A stretch of 31,443 nucleotides of DNA from the NCBI GenBank assembly GCA_009602735.1, contig WELA01000374.1, positions 62,001 to 93,443 on the forward strand, given 5' to 3'. This DNA is from Mesotaenium endlicherianum (lineage: Eukaryota). The notes beneath the pieces are model-generated. The model saw only the letters and a list, made by a program, of their open reading frames with translations. It was not told the origin of the DNA and searched no databases. A program made the translations under genes and the position numbers. Below, in pieces: positions 9,435-28,156 of this stretch; within the stretch, counting starts at the first letter, position 1; the number at the start of each line of letters is the position of its first letter.

Positions 9435-10991
9435 ATGACTCAAAAGTCGGAACTCAAGAGGAAGAGAAGGGCGGAGGAGGCCCATGCAGAATACTTGCAA
9501 TTCCGTGGAGACATCGAATCATCTTCTTTCACCGCTCGGGAATCACAACGACTCCAACAACAGCGGGAGGCTCAGAAGAAGAAGGAGGAGGAATAGGCCA
9601 GACTGAGGCAGGAAGAAATGGACAGAAAAGCTGCAGAGGAGGCTAAGAAAGCAGAGGAGGAGAGGCAAGCTGAGGAGAAGCGGAAGCAGCAGGCTGAAGA
9701 AGAAGAACAGAGGAGAATCAGCAGCTACCGCTACACTGTGCTGGGCAAGGACTTTGATCTACTGGAGGAGGCCTTCAAGTATGCCCAGAGAAGTCGCAGT
9801 GAGTCGCAGAAGGAAATCCCCCAGAAGGAAGGGGAGACATCCGAAAACTTTGACAAGTATATAGAGGTCGGCACAGGGCTCCTCCTCTACCACGATTACG
9901 CCAGGATGGTAGGATATACAATCCGGGAGGTTAAAGCATTGGCCAGATAGGTGAATTCAAAACGGTGCCAATACCTGGGATCTGGGCCACAGACATGGTC
10001 ATCAGGTTGATTCCTATGCATACAGACAGCTTCAAAGATACCACTTCTCACAACCAATTCAAGGCCATGTATAACGAGGTGGAGAGAAGAAGCTGGGACT
10101 TCTTGGCAAGGGAGACCAGGCAGTTGGATTTCTCAAGTCATTGGTACCCCTGTACTTTAACGAGGACGGTTCTTGCTTTCTTTCTACAGCCCACTGACTG
10201 GCGCTGGATGACCATCACCATGATGGACCAGCAAAATGACAGAGCTGAGGAAGACGATTCCCTGGCAGATTTGCAAGGGAAGATAGTGCTGCCACCTCAC
10301 ATTGCAGCATGGGACCCCTGCATGAGTTAGGAGACACAGGAGGATAGGACCAGGGTTAGAGATTCTTTCTCTAAGGGGAAGCATGCTTATGCCAAATGGG
10401 CAATTAAGTAAGCAAGGGGAGAAAGACGGGTATGCTATCAGGACCTAACAGTCCCCACCTACACCCAAAAGGGGGAGGCCAGTGGGATACTCTTTTTCTC
10501 GGGAACGGCTGGAGGAGATGACCAGAGAAACTCCAGAAGTCTCAGAGGAACAGGAGGACGTAGAGGAGGAAGGCGCCCGAGAGGAGTCTAGTCCTGCTGA
10601 GCACGGACCCCCGCTACATCTCCCACTCTACAGCAAATTGGAAGTGCCGTTGCACAGGCAGCCCTGCAGCAGCTGGGGGATACCAGCCCACCAAGAGACC
10701 TAGATCTCAATGGCTGGGGAGTTTCAGCAGGAGGAGTCCCACCCCAGGAGGTGAGACTCAATCAGACAGAGCAGACGAAGGGCTGCCAAGGAGGCAACCA
10801 GAGGGCAACCAGCATCCCCCTCTCATAGATGGCATGTACCCTTAGCCCATCTCATGCAGCACCCCTCCGATATGCCAGTGTATGTCCCTGTCAGTTTGAA
10901 AGCTGCACAGGAGAGAGCAATCTTCATCAACTTGCAGACAGTGCAAGAGCAGGCTGCCCAGTTGCTCCGTTCACCCCTTGGTTCACCCTAG
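9435..10991 (+). pseudogene. Decayed extra ORF (ORF3, ~520 codons) of unknown function inside copy B
   Basis: ATG 9435 MTQKSELKRKRRAEEAH... is in frame with track ORF 9618-9950. It links through two frameshifts to track ORFs 9965-10330 and 10482-10703, ending at TAG 10989-10991. The internal stops are all one C>T away from CAG/CAA/CGA. Confidence 0.7.
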
Positions 10992-11141
10992 TCTGAGATC
11001 CGGTTCAAGGTCTCGCTCCCCAGAAGACCGAGACCCTAGTACTTAATTTGCTGTTATTTTTATTTTAGATTCAGTTAGTTGTGTTGCATGTGTGTTACTT
11101 TGTTGTAAATAATCATAAGTGTTGTGGAATTGACAACAATT

Positions 11142-11155
11142 TAAATTGGAGGGAT
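11142..11155 (+). promoter_or_regulatory. Polypurine tract of copy B
   Basis: TAAATTGGAGGGAT immediately 5' of the LTR-initial TG at 11156. Confidence 0.8.
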
Positions 11156-11905
11156 TGTAATAAATCAGTATATTGTATGGATATAATATTTATTTACATA
11201 TAATAATTAAATAAGTTGAGCCTACTGAGCTTTAATTAATCTTTAGTCTGCTGAATTTAAGTCTGTTGAATACTTAGGACTTAGTTAAATGACTCAGCCG
11301 AGAGTAGCAGGCTGAAGTCTATTAGGTCATCTTGTTGACTTGTGTCAACTTGCTGACACATTCTTTGACAATCAGCTAGCTGGCTGCTGTACTCGGCAGC
11401 AGCGAACTTCCTAGCTATGCATCTAAATGTTGTGTGCTGGATGAGTGGCTAGATGACACCCTTAAGATGGATAGCGATTCTGGATGATGGGAGATGGCTG
11501 TGGACTCGAGGTCCTACCAACGTGGTTACTTTCCGAGTAGGCGGTGCCATCGCACTTGCCGTTGAACAGTTCACTCATTTCATGTACATATGCTAGGTAT
11601 TGCTCTCGAGTTCGGCATTCGAAAACGAGGCCAACTCTCTTGTACTGCTTACTGAGAGACATTTGAATTCAAGGCGAGGAGCCATTGATACGCAATGTCT
11701 TCTAGCCTTGCTTATGTATGAGTTTACTGATTGCATTATTGATGCTGGTTTACTTGCATTTGACTTGCGAGTATTGTTCTCTACTAATGTGCTTTCTTTT
11801 GCTGTTAAATCAGTTAACAGGAATACCATAAAGATTACTCGCTGATATAAAGTCTAAAGATCTTCATTAATTGTTAATCGCCTATTGGTAAGTCGATTCA
11901 TTTCA
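11156..11905 (+). repeat. 3' LTR of copy B (750 bp)
   Basis: TGTAATAAATCAGTA...GTCGATTCATTTCA. Inverted homolog of 5100-5845, preceded by the PPT and not followed by a PBS. Confidence 0.93.
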
Positions 11906-12351
11906 ATGTCCTACTCCCTGGACTCCAACCAAAATTTCTGTCATTGGACTTGCCCTCGTCAGCAAATTGAATCTGTGAATTTTAAAACTCACTAAAAATT
12001 CCCAAAACTCATAACTTTCTCAATACATATCCAAACGGCTCAAAATAACAACCAGAATTTTTCTAGAATTGCACTCTATGCATATGAAATGCTAGAAAAA
12101 TACAACTTCCACTTTCATAACCTTACAAAAAAGATTAGCATTCATTTTCGCATGTAGTTGTTATGGGCTTGCTAAGTACTTACTAGGTGGCATGTATGTA
12201 CCTCTAGAGAGGAACTTGCTTTTGAGCTATACTAAGTTTGCTCATCGTCATTGGTAAAATTTCGATGTTCTCAATGTTTGCCTTGCCCTCCCGAGAGTTA
12301 GATGTGATTGAGTCATGGAATCTTCAGCAAACTGATGCAGTGAGGGTGCAT

Positions 12352-12835
12352 TGATACAAAATGATCGACTTACCTATAAGCAATTAACAATTAATAAAAT
12401 ATCTTTTAATTAGCAAGTAATCTACGTCATTTTATGCTTAATTTATTAAGCAAGAAGGGACCACACAACTAGCGTGAGCAATACTCACAACTTAAATGCA
12501 AGTAACGGGCATCAATTATGCAACCAGTAAATTCATGCATAAGCAAGATTAATAAATAGTTCGTGTAACGGCTTGCAGCTTTGGATTCAGATGTTTTCTC
12601 AGTAATCTGTACTAAAAGTTGGCCTTGTTCTCGAATGCCAAACTCGAAAGCAATGCGTAGCATATTCACATGGAATGAGTTTACTGTTCAAGGACAAGGA
12701 CGATGGCACCGTCCAAAAGTTAACCGCGTTGGTAGGACCTCGGCTAACCAAATCCATAGTCGTCTTCCATCATCTCAAATCGCCATCCGCCTAAGGCGTC
12801 ATCTGGCCATTCATCTAGCATATCACACTTAGATG
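12352..12835 (-). mobile_element. Diverged LTR relic (partial or solo LTR) of the same or a sister family
   Basis: Colinear with 5101-5590, e.g. ATCGACTTACC...TTAACAATTAATAAA, CATGGAATGAGTTTACTGTTCAA, CGTTGGTAGGACCTCGG, TCATCTGGCCATTC. No adjacent PBS. Could extend to 12873. Confidence 0.82.
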
Positions 12836-14015
12836 TATTATTATGTTGTAACTTTTTGTCACGTCACTCAGCATGCATGCAAGTCTTGTCACTGTCGTGC
12901 GTGACCGCTTAACCGTGCGCGTCGATGTGGCAGTCGAGACCATGTCTCCTAATATGGCAGCTCCGTCGTGGCAACTGTGCCAGTGAACTATGGCTGAGTT
13001 GGCATGCCCTCTTAGTGCAACTTGACTTTGCAGAAGCTGAGATGGCTCCTTCGTGAGCTTTGCCCGACTTGGCAGCCGCTGGCGTGGGCCGTTTGTAGGT
13101 CCCGGCGGGGTCAGTCTTACACTCAACCTGTTTGTCAATCCCCACCCATCGCTGGGAGTTGAGTTTACAAATTGCAATCACATCTCATGTGTGGCTGACT
13201 TAAGACTTTCAACGTTGACTTTGCACATGTCAGCAATTTGGTCGGTGAGTCAATGTTGACTGTTACGTATCTTAAGCAGCCGTGACTTGGGCCACGCGTG
13301 CTGCGCCGTCAAATAGGTAGCAGTCGCGAAAAGCATGCTCCGATGTCGACCGAATGAAGTTGACATCGAAGAGTCGTCGACTTTCGAGTTGTCGAGCTTC
13401 CTCTTTCGGTGTTTGGTTATATTCGTCATAGTCATATATGATTGATATGCTGTATTGACCATAGAAACTGGCCCGATCAATTCGGCGTTTGTCGACGTCG
13501 GTGCATGAGTACAGGAAGATCAGTCCGGATCATCCGCATATGTCGTTGTAGTGGAGCCGTTTTGGCAACGCCTAGCTACACTGTTCCGGGCAGAAACAAC
13601 ACATAAGATTGTTCATGCAATTTAAAGTGGGTCGCAAGGAGATTATAATCCAATCGTTGTGATTTGTATGAAATGTAATACTACGCAAGACATTGGGTAA
13701 ATGATCCGTACGCATGTAACGATCACATTTGTTTGCACACGAGTGATCATGCGGCATTGGAACGGGCCGGCAAGAGCGGCAATCTCTATCTGGCTGTCCA
13801 AATTTGGTTGTCTAGACCTTTCTGCAGCCGAGAAGTGGACATTCCCCGAAGCCGATCTGTTGGGTTCCTTTTCATCAAGTCAGCTCCGGGACCGGGTTGT
13901 TTAGAAGGTCGTCAGGTCAATTGTGAAGCTCACAATTTTGACGTTCGTAGTTTGACCATCACTTGATTCTCTTGAGAGCTTCTTCTCTTCTGGGGAGGAG
14001 TTGCGTTCGGAAGCT

Positions 14016-17000
14016 ATGGCATTAGTGGCAGATGATTATGTTCCAAGGAGCATCCTAATCACAGGAGCTGCTGGATTCATAGCTTCGCATGTTGCCAACA
14101 GACTTGTGCGGAAGTACCCTCAGTACAAGTTTGTGGTGTTGGATAAGTTAGACTACTGCTCCAACTTGAAGAACTTGGACCCTTGTCGACATGCTCCTAA
14201 TTTCAAGTTTGTCAAAGGAGACATTGCAAGTGCCGATTTGGTGAACTACCTGCTTTTAACTGAGGGTATTGATACCATTATGCACTTTGCTGCCCAGACA
14301 CACGTTGATAACTCGTTCGGAAACAGTTTCGAGTTCACCAAAAACAACATCTATGGCACTCACGTCCTTCTGGAGGCTTGCAAAGTTTCTGGTTCTATTC
14401 GGCGATTCATTCACGTCAGTACAGATGAAGTCTACGGTGAGACGGAGGCATCTGCTATCATTGGAAACCACGAAGCTTCCCAGCTGCTTCCTACCAATCC
14501 ATACTCGGCTACAAAGGCCGGAGCTGAAATGCTTGTGATGGCATATGGTAAGCTTTCGGTTGTTCAAAGACAGTCTAGCTCTGCAGGAAAAAATACCTTT
14601 GCTGGAAAGGGCATCGTTGTCTCACTCGTCAATATTGAAATAAATATGATTACTAATTTGTGATCTGCTTTATTGTCTTGAAGCTTGACAAGATGCACTC
14701 ATGCTCACACTCTTCTACTCTCTTTTGTGAGTTACAGGTCAGTCGTACAATATTCCCTTCATCACAACCCGAGGAAACAATGTATATGGTCCCAATCAGT
14801 TTCCCGAGAAGCTGATTCCCAAGTTCCTACTGTTGGCCATGCAAGGACAGCCTCTACCCATCCATGGTGATGGTGGGAATGTGCGAAGTTACTTGTACTG
14901 TGAAGATGTTGCTGAGGCTTTTGAGTGTGTTCTCCACAAGGTAGTTTGACATTACATTTTGCTTCCTTTTGGATTGATAACGTCAATATATGCAACCTTC
15001 TTCACAGCAGAGTTTAATTGAAAGCTGCTATTACTTTTCTTCAAAGTAACAAGTGGCCTTCAATCAACAAAACGATCATATGTCCTGATACTTAGAAGTA
15101 GGTGCTTCACTAACCCGAGTAACAGCACTTTATGATACTCATCAGCAGGTGTATTTAATTGAGCAAACAAGCATTCAGAAGTTATCGAGTAATTGATATT
15201 GGGGTTGTGTATTTGTTCTTTACTCAGCAAGACATGCAGGATGGGCCTGCAGTAAGTGGCTGTTTCAAATCATGTGTTTACGATGTGAATATTCTGCCCA
15301 TGGTTTCTCTGGAGTTATTCTCATAGAGAGTAGTTGAATTCGATGCAGTCTTAGACCAAGTTTGCTATATATGAATATTCAAATTTCTGACACGTGCTTT
15401 TGGCCTTTCTACCAGGGTGTTGTAGGAAATGTGTACAACATTGGCACCACAAGGGAAAGGCGAGTTATTGATGTGGCACAAGATATCTGCAAGCTTCTTG
15501 GAGTAGATGCAGGGAAGCTGATCAAGTACGTGGAGAACAGGCCTTTCAATGATCAGCGCTACTACCTTGATGACGCGAAGCTGAAGGGTCTTGGATGGGA
15601 AGAGCGAACAGGGTGGGAAGAGGGTCTGAAGAAGACTATGGACTGGTACAAGACCCATGTAGATTGGTGGGGTGACGTGTCAGGAGCTCTTGTTCCCCAT
15701 CCCCGCATGTTGACAACAAGTAATTTGGACCGAGTATCTAGTGTGACCTCTATGTCCCAGATAGTGAAGGAGGGACTACATCTGAACGAAGTGTCGGAGG
15801 GTGATGTTGCTGCTGCCCCAACGGAAAATGGTGCATTTGCCAATGGCGCAGCTAGCGAGCCCCCCTTGAAGTTCCTGATATATGGCAAGAGTGGCTGGAT
15901 TGGTGGACTCCTGGGCAAGTTGTGTGAGGAGAGAGGCATCTCTTACGAGTATGGACAAGCAAGGCTGGAAAGCAGAACTGCTGTTGAAGCTGATATCGCT
16001 AATGTAAAGCCAACACATGTCTTCAACGCTGCTGGTGTGACTGGGAGGCCAAATGTAGATTGGTGTGAGACGCATCAAATTGAGACTTTGAGGGCAAATG
16101 TTCTTGGTGTGCTGACCTTGGCTGATGTTACAAGGTAAGGATGTTGCTCTCTCTTAATGACACGGGATCTACTATTATTTTGGGTCTTGACTTACAGCAA
16201 AAGCAACTCCTGTGTGTTCCTTGTGCCTTTGGGAAGGTGCCGATCTTGAGGTTGGATAAGATTTCACTTGTGGGCGAGAAAGCAGGATGAAGGTGGATGT
16301 TTGCTGAAGGGAGTCTGGACCTGCACTATATTGTTGATATGAGCTGTTTTAAGTCTGGAGCAGTTCATTGTTCTTCATCGTGTTTAATACGTGTAGCTCT
16401 ACATGTGACACTAACATATGTGGGTCTGTTGTCTTCGGTAGGTTGCATAACCTACCAGTGATCAACTATGCCACAGGCTGCATCTTCGAGTACGACGCGG
16501 CCCATCCAGAAGGAAGTGGTATTGGTTTCAAGGAGGAGGACAAGCCCAACTTTTTTGGCTCGTACTACTCAAGAACAAAAGCCATGGTAAGCAGTCTGCC
16601 AGTGTGTTAACAATATTGCTGATGACGATCCATTTATTGCTACTAATAGGTTTTACAATTTGTTCAAAACTCTTTAAATTGTATTGGCACGTGGTCAGCA
16701 GGACAGTGCTGATAGGTGGTGCATTTATATGCAGTGTGGGAACCACTAATTTGTCCAGCTTCGGTAAGGATACAAACTAGTGGGTCGTAATCTGATAAGA
16801 CCCTCCATCGAACATTAGAAGGTTGGAGCAAGTGTATGACCTACTCAAGGTCGCTGGACACTGAATGTACTCAAGTGAATGCGAGCGAGGATTGAGCTCT
16901 TAGCAAAAGATTTAGTCCCAGATGCTCACGAGGGCTTCATGCATGCTTGCAGGTTGAGGAGATGCTTGCGCAGTATGAGAATGTGGCTATACTGCGAGTT

Positions 17001-17924
17001 CGGATGCCCATCACCTCAGACCTCTCCAACCCACGCAACTTTGTCACCAAGATTTCACGCTACCAGAAGGTACTCCTCCATCTTACATGCATTCTCTTCC
17101 CTTTTTTATTTCTGGAGCTTTGACCGGTGTTGATTACAATGGAAGTATACGTGCAGGTAAGAGTAGAAATAGTCATGCACATGGGGAGGCGAGGGAATCA
17201 TTTGAGTTGTGTTCTTGGCTTATGTGTGTCTTATCTTCATGCAGGTTGTTAATATTCCCAACTCCATGACTATTCTGGACGAGTTGCTACCAATCAGCAT
17301 AGAGATGGGGAAGAGGAAGCTGTCAGGCATCTGGAACTTTACAAATCCTGGGGTTGTCAGTCACAACGAGGTCTTGGAGCTCTACAAGGAGTACATTGAC
17401 CCCAGCTTCACATGGAAGAATTTTACGCTGGAGGAGCAGGTGGGTTCTCTTAAATGTTTGCAAGCTGGGACTGAGTTCGTTACATAGTACATGCTATCCT
17501 GGTCAGTTTGATATGGCATTTCCACTGATGGTAACTTATATATCACCAAATTTCAGGCTGACAACGAACTTTGCCACTTCTTGTTTATATCAATTTTCTG
17601 CCCTCTTGAGTGGTATGTCAAGGCATTGCCGCAACGACGAGAAGGAGGGAAAAAGTCTTGTTGCGACCCTTTTTTCTTCAATGTGATCCGAACGTCTTGT
17701 CAGTGAGATGATAAGTGGAGTGGCAGAGAAGTTAGTTTCAAACTGAAGAGCCACCAAATTGTCTTTTCTTGCAGGCAAAAGTGATTGTTGCGGCCCGTAG
17801 CAACAACGAGCTGGATGCTACCAAGTTGAAGAATGAGTTTCCCGAGCTTTTGGACATCAAGTCTTCTCTCATCAAGTATGTGTTTGAGCCCAACAGCAAG
17901 GTCAAGAACATCACTGCTGCTTGA
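14016..17924 (+). CDS. RHM: Trifunctional UDP-L-rhamnose synthase (UDP-glucose 4,6-dehydratase / 3,5-epimerase / 4-reductase), 686 aa, 7 exons
   Basis: Exons 14016-14547, 14738-14940, 15416-16134, 16442-16586, 16953-17069, 17245-17439, 17775-17924; all GT-AG, total 2061 nt in frame. Motifs GAAGFIA, STDEVYG, YSATK, GNNVYGPNQFPEK, second domain GKSGWIG, GVTGRPNVDWCE, YSRTK. Confidence 0.96.
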
Positions 17925-19162
17925 GTTGAGGCTAAAGGTGGACTGTCCGAGAGACTTGAATCGTGCCGTCATGGGGCAGTCAGATGTTTGACATTGTTGA
18001 GGAAGTTCATGCCATCGACTGTTGATTTGAAGCGTCATTGCCGCATGGATGACCTGGTGATCTATGAGGATTCGAGGAAAGCAAGCTGGGGATTTCTATT
18101 GCAAAGTGCCACAAGGTTATTACTCCTGGTGACCTGTGGGACTAAGAGAAGGTTTGCATGGACTGGTTGTAATATAGACGAGGATGCAAAAAAGCTCTAT
18201 AGTTAGTCCTGATAACCAGCATTTGCGTATAATATTTAATCGGGTTGTCACCAACTGCACCAAGATACATCAAATTGCTAGTTGTCCTATGACCAGAATG
18301 TCGTGTCAGGTCTTCTTAGCTGCTACAGAGTCAACATTCGAAATAAGGTCAATCTATTCTATGTAGTTCAGTTGATTTTTTCTGGCTAAGCAGTATGCAA
18401 TCATATTTAATGATTTTGAGGTGTTCGTTGTCTCTTGAGCTCCACATTTGCAACGATGCAACATACTAAATATATCATTGGGCTACTAACGCCTTCTGTA
18501 GTTACACCAATGATGATCGCAAATGTGAACCAAATGTTAGATCATCCTAGTCGATATGTATGTATACGTAGTCAACGTGATTAGTAAGCTTTACAATACT
18601 GAGGTCATGTTGCGATGTTAATACTGTCGTATGCATGTCATATACGTCAGTAGGTGCACTTGATAAAATCTTCTGCTGGGTGGTTGTTAGCAATATCACC
18701 TTTCATGAAGTTGCCAAATGTTGTTTTGCATACACAATGGGGTGTAACAAAGTAGTCAACAATGCGATCGTGTTACTTTAAAAAGGAGAGGGCAGCTGAA
18801 GCACAAATATTTGACATGAAACACTGCAAATCGCACCTCCTGAGAAACCATTGCAAGGTGAAATGATGTGTAATCCGACACTTCACACTTCTGCATCACA
18901 ATCAAACGGTACATATGTATTTAGCTGAACCCTTTGAAGCCAACAAGTCCCTACTATTATACAGTCAAATGTATGAACTCAAAGCTCTGCTATAGAGCTG
19001 CTGCTGGCATAACTCCTACCCTAAATGAAGCTGCAGATTATCCTAAAACTACTGCATACAAATGAAATGATGCTGTCGGTCTGTCTAAGCAGTAGTCGTT
19101 AAACAAAAACTACCTTTCAACATCTTACAAACACACAGGCACTAAAAAATACTGGAAGGGCG

Positions 19163-19196
19163 CAAGCCAAGAAAGCCAAGCCAAGCCAAGCCAAGC
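19163..19196. repeat. (CCAAG)n pentanucleotide microsatellite
   Basis: caagccaagaaagccaagccaagccaagccaagc. Confidence 0.7.
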
Positions 19197-19497
19197 AGCT
19201 GCTAGCTTTGCTTTCAAAAATTAGTTAGGGAGCTAGGTTGAGGGGTGCGAGTGGCAAGCTTTTTAGTATATACAAAGGTCAGGCTCGATCGTGCGCTCGT
19301 CACTTGCTCATTGCAGCGTAGTCATCCGTGTTTCGCACCGATTGTCCTCATCATGCATGCCGAACCCTTAAAAGATTACTAATTTTCAAGTGTTTACTAT
19401 ATACAAAGGACTGGTGAACCATGCTCGTGCAGCAAAATGGTCCCACCTCCCGCCTCACAGTCACAGAGACTAATGAGAGCGTGCCAGATCTGTTTGA

Positions 19498-26119
<6,622 letters not shown>

Positions 26120-27485
26120 GCTAGTTACAGTAAATATTCCTCAAAATACTTCCAATGTGCTCTCATTAGTTTCTTTCGTAAATCTCTTGAGTTACTTAAG
26201 CTCCTCCTGGGAGTCCTAGTAGCTTATGGTGACACACGCCCGCAGGTGTTGATATCCTTGATATACTACTTATCTGTCCGCAAGCACTCCTTACATAAAC
26301 GAGCAAATCACAATAGGAGGTGAGAAAAGAATAACAGAGATACTGATCGAAAGAGATAATTAGACTATGTACCGGCTCCAGACGATTGAATTCCTTCTAT
26401 GAAATGCTCAGTTGTGTATAGAAAACCCGCTTTCTGCATTTGATAGCACATCGGGAGAGTGTCAGACCAGCGTTGCCCAGGTGCAATTTGGCATTCTCGA
26501 CTTCCTAACGACAGGTTGCATGGCCATTCCTCCAGCGCAACGAGAAGAGTGCCAACGTCAGGGGTGCCACTTCCCCATGCACTTCCCAGTCTGCCAAAGC
26601 CTGCCAATTACACGGTGTCCGACGACCATCAACGCTGACTCTGTCATGGCGTGGACTTTCTAAGACATGACGAGAAATTGCAAGAAATGGTTATTGGAAA
26701 GTTTCTGGCAGGTAGGTCATACCACGGAAGAAACATCATCGAATTAAATTGCCTTGCGTTACCGGGTGATACTCTGGTGCACTTCGGTGGGGTATTGCTT
26801 TTTCTAGGATTTAACAGGCCCTTTTGCGTACCAGACGTTGGAGTGCAACAGAAGTGATTCTACGTACCACATGCAAGATTTAGCGAAGGGGTCGGCCACT
26901 TCGCGTACCACAAGTAATGTGCACATGAGATTCTACATACCACTCAAAGATTTGTTAAGCTTGTACTCAGTAGTATCGCATATCACGACTTTTTGCTGCT
27001 TTTTGCGAGTGATACTAGATTTCAAAAGGAGTCAACTCTGTTCTGTGCAGTCGTCATTGCTACACTGGTGGTCACACTGGGTCAGCAGTGGGTCATATCG
27101 TCGTGCATTAACTGTAGTTGTAGATGTCTGGATGGACGACCCGTTTAGATCATTCTTTCTGAAAAAAGCATTTCTACTGTTGAATATATGTGTGGCGAAT
27201 TGGGTCTCTGGACTGCTCTGGACACTATAAACTTCATAACACGCGAGCATTTCTGATGAATTTGAAATGGAATTACGATGTAGAAGTCGAGTTTAGGTCA
27301 ACTGTCGTCCCTCTCGATGTAACAAGAAGTCATGGAACGTAACATGGGGGTGCATTCGTACGGATTAAAGCCGCGATATTGTAGAAGAAGCGAGAGTGCG
27401 GTTTAGGGCTTCCTCTTTCAGCCTGCTCTTTCTTCCGGGCTCCTCTCTCTCGTGCTTAGCCGGCAGTTCTGTACAGGTCGTAGCC

Positions 27486-28156
27486 ATGGTTGAAAAGGGC
27501 AAGCCCCGTAAGGATGAGGTTGTGACCAGGGAATACACCGTCAACCTTCACAAGAGGCTGCATGGCTGGTGAGTCCGTAGGCGTAGGAAACCCTATGTGC
27601 AACAAACCGTCGCGATGTACTAACACAACAGCAGCAGTTCATGGGGTATTATCGAGCGTCGGGATGTCAAGACAGGGCGTTAGCAAACAATCGGTCCAAA
27701 ATGTTGTAATATGCATGCCTTCGATCTGGTCTGCAACCTTTATAGTCACGAGGGAGATGATGTGAGTTGCTTCAGCGCCGGGAAAATGGGTGATGTAAGT
27801 ATGCTCAGAGGGAGTTTAAAAAGCATCTTATAATGTCTGACTGAACTTCATTTCACATATCTTATCCTCTTTGCAGCACCTTTAAGAAGATGGCTCCTAA
27901 TGCTATCAAGGAGATTAGGAAGTTCACTCAGAAGATGATGGGCACCACTGACGTCAGGGTCGACGTGAAGCTCAACAAGCACCTATGGAGCAGAGGAATC
28001 AGGAATGTGCCTAAGAGAGTGCGCATCCGCATCGCACGCAAGCGTAACGATGACGAGGATGCCACCGAGGAGCTCTACTCTTTTGTAACCGTCGCTGATG
28101 TGCCTGCAGAGGGATTGTCTAACCTGGGCACAAAGATTGTGGAGGACGAGGAGTAG
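27486..28156 (+). CDS. RPL31: 60S ribosomal protein L31 (eL31), 120 aa, 2 exons
   Basis: Exons 27486-27568 ([27 protein letters not shown]) and 27877-28156 ([17 protein letters not shown]...[33 protein letters not shown]); GT-AG phase-2 intron. Confidence 0.97.
27588..27595 (+). promoter_or_regulatory. Telo-box (AAACCCTA) at the start of the RPL31 intron
   Basis: Exact AAACCCTA 20 nt into the intron; a related TTTAGGG lies at 27402-27408 upstream of the ATG. Telo-boxes are typical of plant ribosomal protein genes. Confidence 0.5.

Larger units (their letters stand above)
5846..11905 (+). mobile_element. Ty3/gypsy chromovirus copy B; 3' portion, interrupted in the protease region by copy A
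   Basis: Begins abruptly at CCCCCTATCCTACTGCATTGC, the reverse complement of ~3325-3347, right after the copy A LTR terminus. Continues through RT, RH, IN, chromodomain, extra ORF, PPT and 3' LTR. Confidence 0.95.

Noticed and set aside
11462..11845. Short ORFs within the LTRs (also 5306-5572 and 12581-12832)
   Set aside because: Starts and stops are not conserved among the three LTR copies and there are no recognisable motifs.
11906..12351. AT-rich stretch resembling a DNA-transposon or Helitron fragment
   Set aside because: No terminal inverted repeats, TSD or terminal hairpin could be identified.
12836..13560. ORFs of 68-120 aa upstream of RHM
   Set aside because: No motifs or consistent splice structure; treated as intergenic or old repeat.
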